Source: Candidatus Saccharimonadota bacterium (GTDB lineage Bacteria > Patescibacteriota > Saccharimonadia > Saccharimonadales > JAXHNE01). From it: a stretch of 52,826 nt of DNA. Under the pieces are notes generated by a model that was not told the origin of the DNA, made no database searches, and worked only from the letters and a program-made list of their open reading frames with translations. Shown in pieces: positions 37,122 to 46,407 of this stretch (within the stretch, counting starts at the first letter, position 1; each line of letters begins with the position of its first letter). Both the position numbers and the translations under genes were made by a program. The stretch lies in the NCBI GenBank assembly GCA_034520885.1, contig JAXHNE010000007.1:1-52826 (forward strand). Direction: 5' to 3'.

Positions 37122-39137
37122 CTAATCGGATAATTTTATTTTCCGTAGCAGTTGAGCGTTAGCTGCCACGATAATAGTGGACAGCGACATGAGTACCGCT
37201 CCAATAGCGGGGGACAGCACGAAACCAAAGCCCGACGTCACGCCGGCCGCCAAAGGTATCGCGATGGCGTTATAGCCCGTAGCCCACACAAGGTTTTGTA
37301 TCATCTTTTTGTAGGTCGCTTTGGAAAGTTTCACGACCTTGGCCACGCCCCGGGGATCGCTGCTGGCCAGTACGATGCCGGCGGATTCAATGGCGACGTC
37401 CGTACCCGCTCCGATAGCCATTCCAATGTCTGCCCGCGAAAGTGCCGGTGCGTCGTTCACGCCATCGCCGACCATTGCCACACGGCTGCCGTCGGCTTGC
37501 AGCTCTTTCACTATATCGGCTTTGTTTTCCGGTAAAACTTCCGCGAAATATTCTTTTATTCCCAGTTGTTTGGCTACCCATGCGGCGACCGGTTTCGAAT
37601 CGCCGGTTAACATGGCCACGCGCTTTCCGGAACGCTGCAACGTTGTTACCGCCTCCTTGGATTCCTCCCGAATAACGTCGGCGAGCATAACGGCTCCGAG
37701 CACTCGTTCATCAGATACTACGTATACCACCGTTTTACCTTCTTCGCCCGCATTGTCCACGGATTTTTTCAAGCCGCGGGGCGGATTGACGTTAAGCTCT
37801 TCAAGCAAACGGGGTCCACCAACGTAAATAGTTTTTCCACTTACCGTCGCCTTGGCGCCTCGGCCCGATAAAGCAGAAAAATTTTTGGCGTTCTCCAGAG
37901 AGATCTTTTTCTCCGTGGCGGAGTTGACGATGGCACGAGCGATAGGGTGTTCCGATTCCGCCTCAACACTTGCCGCAAGAGCGAGCAACTTATCGGTATC
38001 TTTATCGATCGCCACCGTATCCACTACGCCTTGCTCGCCCTTGGTTAGCGTACCGGTTTTATCGAACATCACGACATTAATGTTACGGGCGGACTCCAGC
38101 GCCATGCGTTCCCGTATCAACAACCCGTTGCGCGCGGCGCGGGTCGTGGAAATGGCCGTTACCAAAGGAATTGCCAGTCCAAGCGCGTGAGGGCAGGCGA
38201 TAATCAGCACCGTGACCACTCGTTCCAGTATGAATGCCGCCGATTGATTACTGAACAAGGTCCAGCCTATCATCGTAATAATCGCGGCACCAATGGCAAC
38301 GAATGTCAGGTAAAATGCCGCCCGATCCGCCAGAACTTGTGTTTTTGATTTGCTTTTTTGGGCGTCGTCAACCAGCTTCATAATTCCGGCCAGCGCCGTG
38401 TCGTCGCCCAGTTTGGTTACCTTGATCGTCAGCGAACCGCTGCCGTTGATGGTACCCGCGATCACGCCGTCCTTCCCGGTTTTCTTCACCGGCTTGGACT
38501 CGCCGGTAATCATGGATTCGTTGACATCCGATTCGCCTTTTGCCACCTCGCCGTCGACCGGTACGCTCGAACCGGGCCTTACCAGCACTTTATCGCCGAT
38601 CTTTAACTTTGATACGGCGATTTTTTTGGTTCCTTTCGTGGTTACCAACTCCGCTTCGTCGGGAAGCAGCTTCGCCAGCTCATCCAACGCTCCTTGAGCG
38701 TTACTGACGGAAGCCATTTCCAACCAGTGCCCGAGCAACATCACGGTAACTAAGGTGGCTAGCTCCCACCAAAAGTCCATTCCGTCTACGAGGTTCAGTG
38801 TGACGGCCAAGCTGTATCCAAAAGCTACGCTAATCGCCATTGATATAAGTGTCATCATCCCTGGCTGGCGAGCCGCGATTTCCGCCTTCGCGCTTTTAAG
38901 AAAAACCAAACCGCCGTAAACGAAAATGACAATGCCAAGAATCGCGGGAATGTACTCGCTGCCCGCGAAGGAGGGCGCAGTATAATTTAAAAGCCCCATA
39001 ATCGTTTCGGAGTAGAACAAAACGGGAACGGTCAGCGCAAAACTCAACCAGAACTTCTTTTTGAACATATTCGGGCTGTGCCCGGCATGTTTATCGTGAT
39101 CGTGTTCACCGCCGTGTTCATGATGCGAATGGTTCAT
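37122..39137 (-). CDS. copB: copper-transporting P1B-type ATPase, CopB-like (His-rich N-terminus, CPH motif, no HMA domain)
   Basis: MNHSHHEHGGEHDHDKHAGH N-terminus. TGES, CPH (IIACPHALG), DKTGTLT, GDGVNDAP. AAGGAAAG SD before ATG 39137 (the track ORF extends to 39233). Confidence 0.9.
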   Translation of the reverse strand: MNHSHHEHGGEHDHDKHAGHSPNMFKKKFWLSFALTVPVLFYSETIMGLLNYTAPSFAGSEYIPAILGIVIFVYGGLVFLKSAKAEIAARQPGMMTLISMAISVAFGYSLAVTLNLVDGMDFWWELATLVTVMLLGHWLEMASVSNAQGALDELAKLLPDEAELVTTKGTKKIAVSKLKIGDKVLVRPGSSVPVDGEVAKGESDVNESMITGESKPVKKTGKDGVIAGTINGSGSLTIKVTKLGDDTALAGIMKLVDDAQKSKSKTQVLADRAAFYLTFVAIGAAIITMIGWTLFSNQSAAFILERVVTVLIIACPHALGLAIPLVTAISTTRAARNGLLIRERMALESARNINVVMFDKTGTLTKGEQGVVDTVAIDKDTDKLLALAASVEAESEHPIARAIVNSATEKKISLENAKNFSALSGRGAKATVSGKTIYVGGPRLLEELNVNPPRGLKKSVDNAGEEGKTVVYVVSDERVLGAVMLADVIREESKEAVTTLQRSGKRVAMLTGDSKPVAAWVAKQLGIKEYFAEVLPENKADIVKELQADGSRVAMVGDGVNDAPALSRADIGMAIGAGTDVAIESAGIVLASSDPRGVAKVVKLSKATYKKMIQNLVWATGYNAIAIPLAAGVTSGFGFVLSPAIGAVLMSLSTIIVAANAQLLRKIKLSD

Positions 39138-39285
39138 TGTCGACTTTCCTTGTACCTTATTTCTTTTAATCTCTCCCCAATCATAGCAAAAACACCGGCC
39201 AAAGCTGTGTTTAAGTAGGGGTAAAATAAACAAAAACGCCGATTTACCAGGGTGTTTTATGGCCGACGTTACGCCTTTATATTTA

Positions 39286-39524
39286 CTACGTAACTTTTTG
39301 TTCTAGCTTTGTAACGCGCCGATCGCGATCTTTTAGCTGATTATCCGTGACTTCATTGCTGGTTTCTATTGCTTCTGCTACAGATGCGGAAAGGTCATCA
39401 ATCTTGTTCTCGACTCTATTAAGACGTATGTTGACCTCACCGAGTTGGTTAACAATAGTAGAAGCTTCTTGGGATATTGTCGCTGCTATGAACTGTTTTA
39501 AATCTTGATAACGTCATCATTCAT
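39286..39524 (-). pseudogene. frameshifted paralog of the coiled-coil gene 40529..40807
   Basis: ATG AAT GAT GAC GTT ATC AAG ATT TAA stops after 8 codons. A 1-nt shift continues QDLKQFIAATISQEAS.., homologous to MNDDTIQDLKQFIATTVSQQTS.. of 40529..40807. Confidence 0.75.
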
Positions 39525-39560
39525 ATGGTTATCCTAACATAGAGCATTTGTTGTCGGTTA

Positions 39561-39668
39561 GCTGCATGCCATGGCGACATGCCGTGGGCATATTTCTAGC
39601 CACTAGTGCTGATAAAGTAGGCATTTACAGATTGAAAAACTTGCAGGTCAGTTTAGTTTGTCGCCAGA
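39561..39668 (-). repeat. R1 spacer module, copy a
   Basis: GCTGCATGCCATGGCGACATGCCGTGGGCATATTTCTAGCC.. closely matches 40844-40885. Lies 3' of the stop of 39710..40420. Confidence 0.75.
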
Positions 39669-39709
39669 CTTTTAATACGAACTTATTATTAATCTGCTGG
39701 AATTAATAA

Positions 39710-40420
39710 CTATAACAAATGCACGGTTCTTATACTTCTACACCAGAATCCATAGTATTCAGCATCCATTTCCGATTTATCTCTTGGAACCATTAGAGCT
39801 ATGCCTTCAGGTTTCTGAGATTTATTCTTTAAGTCAGGATATGTATCCCATTCTTCACGAGTTATCAAACCAACAACCTCATATAAATTTTGCTTTCTAA
39901 AAACTCCATTAACATGCTTTATTAAGTTTGCGGCTGCAGTGACAAACTTCATGCTTGTTGATTCCGTAATCGAATCTAGTGAGTATTCGACAGACAATGC
40001 GTTGCTATGATTACCTATAAAGCTATTCTTTACTACTCCATCTCTCATTATGCAAACATCAGGAACGCCTAATGCAGCACAGATTGTTTTGCGTGTATCA
40101 TTCAGCTGGTCAGACAATATAAAAACCCCCGAACTTCTTCTGGTCGTATGTATGTCAATTATGTAATCTGGCTTAAACTCTTCTAATTGAGCCTCTAGTC
40201 TGGATAACTCAGTAGTTTCATGGTTTTCAAGTCCAGTATTGTAGATGCGATTCAAGTCACTATCGATAAAACGCTTATTTTTCTCATGTGCCCGTACGTT
40301 CCCTATAAAAAGCTGAATATATTTTTGTAGTTCAGGATGAGCCTTAATGAATGCATTATGCAAGTCTATTCCGTAAACCTCATCACCGTGAATCGCTGCA
40401 ACTATACCTACTTTTTTCAT
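39710..40420 (-). CDS. succinylglutamate desuccinylase/aspartoacylase (AstE/AspA, M14-like) family protein (cassette)
   Basis: Family motifs AIHGDEVYG, RFIDSDLNRIY, IIDIHTT. TGTTATGAT (40427-40435) 6 nt before the ATG. Confidence 0.7.
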   Translation of the reverse strand: MKKVGIVAAIHGDEVYGIDLHNAFIKAHPELQKYIQLFIGNVRAHEKNKRFIDSDLNRIYNTGLENHETTELSRLEAQLEEFKPDYIIDIHTTRRSSGVFILSDQLNDTRKTICAALGVPDVCIMRDGVVKNSFIGNHSNALSVEYSLDSITESTSMKFVTAAANLIKHVNGVFRKQNLYEVVGLITREEWDTYPDLKNKSQKPEGIALMVPRDKSEMDAEYYGFWCRSIRTVHLL

Positions 40421-40528
40421 TAACTAATCATAACAAATAAGTTATTTAGAGTCCTAGTTTGGTCAAAGGCCAAAAATCATAAAACGTGGTTTTACTTGGG
40501 TCATGTCCTGATTGTAATTAAGTGCTGT

Positions 40529-40807
40529 TTAAGCGGCTTTTTGTTCTAGTTTTGAAATTCGTTTGTTATGATCTTCGAGCTGATTGTCTATAGCCTCGTT
40601 CGATGTGTCTAGCGCCTCTCCAACAGAAGCTGCAAGATCATCAATTTTTGTGCTTAATTTTTTATCAAGTTTGGAAATATTTTTTTCAAGACTAGAAATA
40701 TCCTTTTCTAGGTTAGTGATATCTTCTTTGGTAGCTAAATCAGAGGTCTGCTGAGATACCGTGGTTGCAATAAACTGCTTTAAGTCTTGGATAGTGTCGT
40801 CATTCAT
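40529..40807 (-). CDS. small coiled-coil protein of unknown function (cassette)
   Basis: 92-aa ORF with heptad-like LEKDISSLEKNISKLDKKLSTKIDDL. Has a frameshifted paralog at 39286..39524. Confidence 0.6.
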   Translation of the reverse strand: MNDDTIQDLKQFIATTVSQQTSDLATKEDITNLEKDISSLEKNISKLDKKLSTKIDDLAASVGEALDTSNEAIDNQLEDHNKRISKLEQKAA

Positions 40808-40831
40808 AGGCCTACTTTATCATAGTAAGTT

Positions 40832-40952
40832 TGGTGCCGGATAGCTGCATGCCATGGCGACATGCCGTGGGCATATTTCTAACCGCTTCATCAGATAAGG
40901 TCGACATATATAAGCTCAAAGAACTTGTGAATCAGTTTAATTTGTCAGCAGA
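40832..40952 (-). repeat. R1 spacer module, copy b (ends ..GGCACCA on the coding strand)
   Basis: TGGTGCCGGATAGCTGCATGCCATGGCGACATGCCGTGGGCATATTTCTAACCGC... Lies 3' of the stop of 40992..41717. Confidence 0.75.
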
Positions 40953-40991
40953 ATTACTACAAAATTCTTGATTCACCTAACTCACTATTAC

Positions 40992-41717
40992 TTAGGCGAA
41001 AATGAGATATCGGAGTGCTATTATCGTTAACGCAACGGCTATGACTGTCCTGAACTTACTCTGAGGTATTTTATCGACGACTCTTTTGCCGATATACGAA
41101 CCAAAAAGCACGGTGGGTACGGAAATGAGCGCCGCAATCAAAAGAGTGGGAGTTAATTCTATTTCTGACTGCAAATAGCCGACCAAACGTCCGCCGTCAA
41201 TGATGAGACCAATCGCGCCGGCAGTAAACAAAAAGACTTCCTTTTTTAGGTCAAAGGCCGAGAGGAACGTTGCCCTAATGACCCCCTGCACGCCAAAAAC
41301 CGCCGCGGATAACCCTGTCAAACTACCTCCGAGCACTGCCGTTTTATTGTTTTTGGGCAACTTCCATTCCGGGTTTCTGAGGATGTAGATAACGTAGAAA
41401 AGTATAAAAGCGCCGAGCAAACGTAAAACAATATCACTCGAAAAATCCGGCACTAAGCGTGATCCGATATAGCTCAGTATTAACCCCGGTATGCCGAACA
41501 GCGCGATAAGCCGCCAGTTAATGCCGCTCTTGAAAAAGTACATTTTACCGAAGTTTCCTACCGCGTGAACAATGCCAGTAAATAGCAGTACCGGATTAAA
41601 TCCGTAGAATAAAGCCAAGACGGGCACCATAATCGTTGATGTCCCAAAACTTGTAATAGTGCCGACCGCCGAGGCAAAAAATGCCAACAAGACGAGTAGC
41701 ATAATTTCAATAATCAT
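40992..41717 (-). CDS. TauE/SafE (TSUP) family anion exporter (cassette)
   Basis: 241 aa, ~7-8 TM helices, internal duplication typical of the TSUP family (GTSTIMVP.. / GVQGVIRATFL..). Confidence 0.7.
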   Translation of the reverse strand: MIIEIMLLVLLAFFASAVGTITSFGTSTIMVPVLALFYGFNPVLLFTGIVHAVGNFGKMYFFKSGINWRLIALFGIPGLILSYIGSRLVPDFSSDIVLRLLGAFILFYVIYILRNPEWKLPKNNKTAVLGGSLTGLSAAVFGVQGVIRATFLSAFDLKKEVFLFTAGAIGLIIDGGRLVGYLQSEIELTPTLLIAALISVPTVLFGSYIGKRVVDKIPQSKFRTVIAVALTIIALRYLIFA

Positions 41718-41807
41718 ACTTTTATTCTAGCCCAATATAAGCGAAAAGCCCTACACGGGGCTTAAAAGTCGGAACCCGTCCCGTTTGAAAACGCCTTAAC
41801 GTATTCA

Positions 41808-41905
41808 CGATGCCGCCTGCCGGCATACTTCTAACCGCAAGTCCTGAGAAAGTTGATGTATATAAACTTAAAGAACTTGTGGAGGAGTTTAATTTATCGA
41901 GCGAC
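41808..41905 (-). repeat. R1 spacer module, copy c (diverged)
   Basis: CGATGCCGCCTGCCGGCATACTTCTAACCGC..GAGAAAGTTGATGTATATAAACTTAAAGAACTTGTG. The last 40 nt nearly match 43556-43595. Confidence 0.7.
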
Positions 41906-41920
41906 CTAGTTTAGGTAAAT

Positions 41921-42520
41921 TTAATCAACAGTATCTATGAGCCATACCCCGCCGGAGCGTTTTTCACCATGCCTATTCATAGCTTCGAATATTTTATCTA
42001 CACTAACAAGACGCCACTTAGGGTGTTCGGGACTTGGGTCAATAATTCGTATTTTGTCGCCCACAACTCTGTCGAAGACGACAACGTGTCCCCAATCCTT
42101 TTCTCTGTCGTCAACTAGAACTCCATGATTAAAGCAAAGTAGCGCGTCTGTGTTATTTGCTTCAATCTCACTTAGAGTATTTATCAACTTCTCAGAATCG
42201 CCAATTTCTGAAATAGGCTTTATTTTCAGTCGTAAAGGTATATCAAGATTTTTGAAAGCTGTGTTTGGCTCAAATTCTGGCAAGTATATACGCGTTCCGT
42301 AGCCCGCTGGCGGTTTTTCCTCAGAAGTGCGAACCTTATAAAATAAACCAGCCCTTTCTGGCCTAACGATTAACCCAAGATGATACCCGATTTCCTCGGC
42401 AGGAAGTAGAGGTATGCCATTCTTATACATAATCATCTGAAAACAAGTAGGGACACAACATGATGCCTGTTGAGTAAATGGTATGTAACGAGAGTCATCT
42501 GGTGTTGCCTGTAGTTTCAT
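41921..42520 (-). CDS. putative papain-like/C39-like cysteine peptidase (cassette)
   Basis: Candidate Cys (SCCVPTCFQMIMY) and His (WGHVVVFDRV) catalytic pair. Start set to ATG 42520 because ATG 42532 lies inside the TGATATGAT -10 (42528-42536). Confidence 0.4.
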   Translation of the reverse strand: MKLQATPDDSRYIPFTQQASCCVPTCFQMIMYKNGIPLLPAEEIGYHLGLIVRPERAGLFYKVRTSEEKPPAGYGTRIYLPEFEPNTAFKNLDIPLRLKIKPISEIGDSEKLINTLSEIEANNTDALLCFNHGVLVDDREKDWGHVVVFDRVVGDKIRIIDPSPEHPKWRLVSVDKIFEAMNRHGEKRSGGVWLIDTVD

Positions 42521-42534
42521 TTGTTTAATCATAT

Positions 42535-42589
42535 CAAAGAAGTTAGTGAGAGTCCTGTTTGATCAGAGGCCAATAACAAGCAAAAAACG
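42535..42589 (-). repeat. R2 spacer module (55 nt identical to 44201-44255)
   Basis: CAAAGAAGTTAGTGAGAGTCCTGTTTGATCAGAGGCCAATAACAAGCAAAAAACG, read in both places. Confidence 0.85.
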
Positions 42590-42667
42590 TTTGGGTTGTA
42601 TAGGTGCGCTACCTAGCTACGAAAGTAAAACTTTACTTTTTAGGGTTTTACAAAAAAGAGGCAAATT

Positions 42668-43378
42668 TCAAGTTTTTTGAAATACTGCCCAAATATGGTT
42701 ACAGTTATATTCATTGCCAAAGAAAGTTGCCTTCTTTGGAACACGTTCTAGTGTAACTAGATTGAGATCGCTATAAAATTGCTTGACCTCGTCCTCGGTA
42801 AAAGCTTTTTCATATTTCCCATTAACGGGATGAATGAAGCTGCCAGCATCAGGACCAGGATGCTTTTTAATCATTTCCTTATGAAACTCATCGTCGGTAG
42901 AGAGCAAGTAGACCATTAAATAGCCGCCCGGTTTTAAGACCTGAATTAAATTACTGAGTGCAGCTTCACGACCCTCGATACTTTCAATATCAGTAGAACC
43001 AAAACAATCAATTGCAAAATCCAAGCTATCTGGCTGAATCGTAAAAGGCTTCGTGACATCCTGCACTATAAAATCAGTCTGGTCCGAAACGCCCACTTGT
43101 TCTGCTCGCCTTTTGGCTTCTTCAATAGCGGTTGGAGAAAAATCCAGTCCCGTAGCAATTACACCTTTCATGGCAAGGCCAAGAACATTTCGGCCTTTAC
43201 CGCAACACATCTCCAAACCTTTAAGTTCGCTTAGTTCTTTACCCTGACTTTTTAGCCACTCTAGAAACTTAGTAACCCCGCTTGAAGCGTCATTAGAATC
43301 CATCTGCAGTAAAACTGTTGGTTTTTGGTGTTCTTTGTCCCAGCGTTCTTGTTGTTCTTCGTGTGTAATTGTCTGCAT
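42668..43378 (-). CDS. class I SAM-dependent methyltransferase (cassette)
   Basis: Motif I LEMCCGKGRNVLGLA, motif II-like DFAIDCFG, post-I D (GLDFS). TGTTATACT (43385-43393) 6 nt before the ATG. Confidence 0.8.
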   Translation of the reverse strand: MQTITHEEQQERWDKEHQKPTVLLQMDSNDASSGVTKFLEWLKSQGKELSELKGLEMCCGKGRNVLGLAMKGVIATGLDFSPTAIEEAKRRAEQVGVSDQTDFIVQDVTKPFTIQPDSLDFAIDCFGSTDIESIEGREAALSNLIQVLKPGGYLMVYLLSTDDEFHKEMIKKHPGPDAGSFIHPVNGKYEKAFTEDEVKQFYSDLNLVTLERVPKKATFFGNEYNCNHIWAVFQKT

Positions 43379-43517
43379 GAACTGAGTATAACAAAGAGGC
43401 GACTAGTAAACGTTACGTATAATTAAAACCTGAATTAACTCAAAAACGCCGATTTACCAGGATGTTTTATAGGGGTAGTGTTCCGGTTAAATTCTACGAA
43501 GCTTTAGCGAAGTAGTT

Positions 43518-43605
43518 TGGTGCCGCCTATCAGGCATATTTCTAACCGCTGCACCTGAGAAAGTTGATGTATATAAACTTAAAGAGCCTGTGAGTCAGTT
43601 TATCC
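43518..43605 (-). repeat. R1 spacer module, copy d (ends ..GGCACCA on the coding strand)
   Basis: TGGTGCCGCCTATCAGGCATATTTCTAACCGCTGCACCTGAGAAAGTTGATGTATATAAACTTAAAGAG... Abuts the stop codon of 43605..44186. Confidence 0.75.
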
Positions 43606-44186
43606 TAGGCAGTGATTTGTTCATTAAACGGTTTAGTGCCGTCCAGAACTAAGTCAGCGAACTCTTTCGGGTCATCCCTCTTGATATAGCCTTCTTCTTT
43701 CTCGTACCACTTCTGCCACATTTCCTTTATCTCATCATCTGGCTTTCCGTCCTGACCTTTATCACGTTCAAAGCCACGCTGTATACAGATATCTAAAGGT
43801 GTATCAACAAATATACCAAAAGATAGATATGGCCTGAACTCTTTGCGCAACGAACTGACGCCTTCTAAAATCATTATATTAGTAACTGGCTGGTTAACGA
43901 CCGGCTCTGGATTATGTGATTCCCACCATTTGGAGCGTGGGTAGTTTAAAGATTTAGATCCATTTTTAATTGGCTCAAATACTCGTTCAATTACTAGTGG
44001 CCACCAGTTCTCTGGGTTGTCCCAACCAGCAAAGTCATCTGTATGGATAACTTCTGCGTCGAGTTGCTTTGCAACCAATTTTGCAAGCGTTGATTTACCA
44101 GACCCGCCATGTCCGTCTATAGATACTATTTTGAGACTCCCGCAATTTGGTTGCTTTTTGCTTAATTCTTTCTCTATTCTGTTCAT
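43605..44186 (-). CDS. P-loop nucleoside/nucleotide kinase-like protein (uridine kinase-like; cassette)
   Basis: Walker A IDGHGGSGKSTLAK. Start set to ATG 44186 because ATGs 44195/44198 lie inside the TGGTATGAT -10 (44194-44202). Confidence 0.55.
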   Translation of the reverse strand: MNRIEKELSKKQPNCGSLKIVSIDGHGGSGKSTLAKLVAKQLDAEVIHTDDFAGWDNPENWWPLVIERVFEPIKNGSKSLNYPRSKWWESHNPEPVVNQPVTNIMILEGVSSLRKEFRPYLSFGIFVDTPLDICIQRGFERDKGQDGKPDDEIKEMWQKWYEKEEGYIKRDDPKEFADLVLDGTKPFNEQITA

Positions 44187-44200
44187 TAAACACATCATAC

Positions 44201-44255
44201 CAAAGAAGTTAGTGAGAGTCCTGTTTGATCAGAGGCCAATAACAAGCAAAAAACG
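44201..44255 (-). repeat. R2 spacer module (55 nt identical to 42535-42589), followed by the AAAAACGCCGATTTAC hairpin module
   Basis: Direct comparison of the two stretches. Confidence 0.85.
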
Positions 44256-44298
44256 CCGATTTACTCGATGTTTCACAGAAGTCTGGTTATTACTGCAG

Positions 44299-44356
44299 TT
44301 TGGTTTACCATGAGCGAATGAAATGAGTCGAATGGTGCCGTGGAGGGGACTGTTCC
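44299..44356 (-). repeat. R3 spacer module followed by a decayed tRNA-Gly 3'-end copy
   Basis: TTTGGTTTACCATGAGCGAATGAAATGAGTCGAA, then TGGTGCCGTGGAGGGGACTGTTCC (about 17/24 identical to the tRNA-Gly 3' end TGGTGCGGGTGAGGGGACTCTAAC by eye). Confidence 0.6.
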
Positions 44357-44449
44357 ATTTTGTTGATAAGCTCGGCAATCCGCCGCAGGCGGACTCGTGC
44401 GAACCAAAATACAAAGGTTTAGTAGAACAGTACAACCTTAGTTCATATT

Positions 44450-45031
44450 TTATTTAGCAGGCAATATCATTTCGGTTTGTGGAAGTGAAGTCATGTAGTC
44501 AGGCCTGCCTTCTTCTTCTGGGACTATTGCGTTGGTTCTTTTAAAACCGTAATGTTCATAAAAGCCAATAGCCTTATCGTTATAGCTAATCACTTCTAGG
44601 TAAATGTCGTTATCTCTGCCCAGAACATTAAGGGCTTGGTGCATTAGTTTTCCGCCAACTCCCGTTCCTTGTACTTCCGGCTCTACATACATTGCGCTGA
44701 TCATCTTTCGGCCTCGCTCATCAATCTGGAGGTCTGTATACCCGACCACTTTGCTGTCAATCTTTGCTACATAGATTCCTATTCCCGCGTCGTCGTCCTT
44801 AGCAGACTGCTCCTTTAGGTGCGCAACTCTTCGCGGTACAAATTCTCCGTTCATGCCTTGTGCGTTAACCCGAATATCTTCCTCAGTAATACCAAGTTCA
44901 GCGTTAGGGTAAGCTTCTAGCCAAGCCCTGTCTCTGATGTCACAAATCGTTTCAGCGTCTTCGGGTTTTGCTCGTTCTATTTCTACTGGCGGTTTTTCTG
45001 TTTCTGGCTTCGGTGTAGTTACTTCACTCAT
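44450..45031 (-). CDS. GNAT-family N-acetyltransferase (cassette)
   Basis: Motif A VEPEVQGTGVGGKLMHQAL and YEHYGFK motif B region. TGGTATTAT (45038-45046) 6 nt before the ATG. Confidence 0.85.
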   Translation of the reverse strand: MSEVTTPKPETEKPPVEIERAKPEDAETICDIRDRAWLEAYPNAELGITEEDIRVNAQGMNGEFVPRRVAHLKEQSAKDDDAGIGIYVAKIDSKVVGYTDLQIDERGRKMISAMYVEPEVQGTGVGGKLMHQALNVLGRDNDIYLEVISYNDKAIGFYEHYGFKRTNAIVPEEEGRPDYMTSLPQTEMILPAK

Positions 45032-45132
45032 AAACTAATAATACCAAAGAAGTTAGTTAGAGCCATAGTTTGGGTTGTATAAAAAAACGCCGATTTACTC
45101 GACGTTTCACAGGGGTCATTTTCTAAAATGTG

Positions 45133-45172
45133 TTTGGTTTACCATGAGCGAATGAAATGATTCGAATGGTGC
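45133..45172 (-). repeat. R3 spacer module, copy b (ends ..TTGCACCA on the coding strand)
   Basis: TTTGGTTTACCATGAGCGAATGAAATGATTCGAATGGTGC; nearly identical to 44299-44338. Confidence 0.75.
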
Positions 45173-45296
45173 AAGATAGTTGACCCTACGACGCTAAAGC
45201 TTTGAAGGGCTCAGCGCATTTCAGACATCGGCAATAGAAGAGCATAACAATCAAAAACTCAGTGACTTGATAAAGTTGTTTGGACTTTCGGCAGAT

Positions 45297-45815
45297 TTAA
45301 TTTAGCAAGAACTTCTCTTCAAGCACAGTATTCTCATTCTGGTCTACAATCTTGACCCTCACCCTAACATCCTCTAATACATAGTTATTATCTTCTGGAT
45401 GTTGCCGCGGTACCTTGTCACGAATTTCATCTTTTTCTTTTATGGCTTCATTGACAGATTTTGCCGAAAGATTTTGAGCAACAACTTTATAAGAATAGCT
45501 GTCTCCTTTAAGTCGGCTATATGCAAGTTCAGCACTAAATATTTTCTTATACTGATTCCCTGACTTTGTATCCGCCAAAATCTGCTTAGTCTTAGCTACG
45601 GTTTCTGAGGCAAATCCTTCTTCGTTATCAAAAGCCTCGTTGTCCCAATCAAACTGAAATTCACTGATATAATCCGCAAGAATTTGTGAGTTACCAGTAA
45701 GGTCACTTCGTTCTGGTATATCAACTTTGGCTAAATTTTCTGCAAGTTGCACTAAGTCATCTGACGAGTTAACGGCTTCATCAATGTTATTAATGAATGA
45801 TTTTTCCTGGTTCAT
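45297..45815 (-). CDS. hypothetical protein (cassette)
   Basis: 172-aa ORF. TGATACTAT (45822-45830) 6 nt before the ATG, directly preceded by hairpin GACCC..GGGTC + T-run (45831-45850). Confidence 0.6.
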   Translation of the reverse strand: MNQEKSFINNIDEAVNSSDDLVQLAENLAKVDIPERSDLTGNSQILADYISEFQFDWDNEAFDNEEGFASETVAKTKQILADTKSGNQYKKIFSAELAYSRLKGDSYSYKVVAQNLSAKSVNEAIKEKDEIRDKVPRQHPEDNNYVLEDVRVRVKIVDQNENTVLEEKFLLN

Positions 45816-45893
45816 AAGTTCATAGTATCAAAAAAGACCCTAATTGGGTCTAAATGTTTAAAAGCTCTCTGAGCGAAAACTTTTGGGTCGTAA

Positions 45894-45995
45894 TGGTGCG
45901 AGTGAAGCCTGTCCGCTTTTGGAGGGAGACTCAAAAACTCTTAACCGCGACCCGGTTAAGAGCTAGCTCGACGATTGATAATTTTTGAAGAGGCC
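45894..45995 (-). repeat. R4 spacer module, copy a (begins with the tRNA-like TGGTGCGAGTGA)
   Basis: Shares TGGTGCG[A/G]GTGA and CTCGA[C/A]GATTGAT[A/T]ATTTTTGAAGAG with 46791-46868. Its internal ~26-nt segment is in the opposite orientation. Confidence 0.65.
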
Positions 45996-46086
45996 GAGAG
46001 TTGAGAATCTATTTCAGCCCAGATCAAAAAGAAAACCCCACGTGGTAGTGGGGCTATCTTTTTGGTGCAAGATAAAGAGTGATAAT

Positions 46087-46407
46087 CTAACTCTTTTTTG
46101 ATCGGGCAGCAATTGCAAAATCCATGAAGTACTTCTCTAAACTATGATCTACATTGTCTGTCAGTATCGAATTTGCGAATTGTTCACGTGCTATCAAGAG
46201 TTCATAGGGGTCTTTTCCTTGTGCAGCCCATGCTCTAACAGTTGCGTTTATTAAATCCATACCGCGATGAAAAGCAGTCGTCATGCGTCGCTCATTTCCT
46301 TTTCGCTTGCCATTCAAAGCCCTGCCGACTTCAGATCCAATATTACCCAACTGCCAAAAAACAGAATGAGAAGCCCAAGCAGCCTCATCGAATACATGCT
46401 TACTCAT
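46087..46407 (-). CDS. hypothetical protein, second gene of a two-gene cassette
   Basis: ATG 46407 overlaps the stop of the upstream ORF in the sequence ATGAGTAA. 106 aa, helical, no recognisable motif. Confidence 0.55.
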   Translation of the reverse strand: MSKHVFDEAAWASHSVFWQLGNIGSEVGRALNGKRKGNERRMTTAFHRGMDLINATVRAWAAQGKDPYELLIAREQFANSILTDNVDHSLEKYFMDFAIAARSKKS

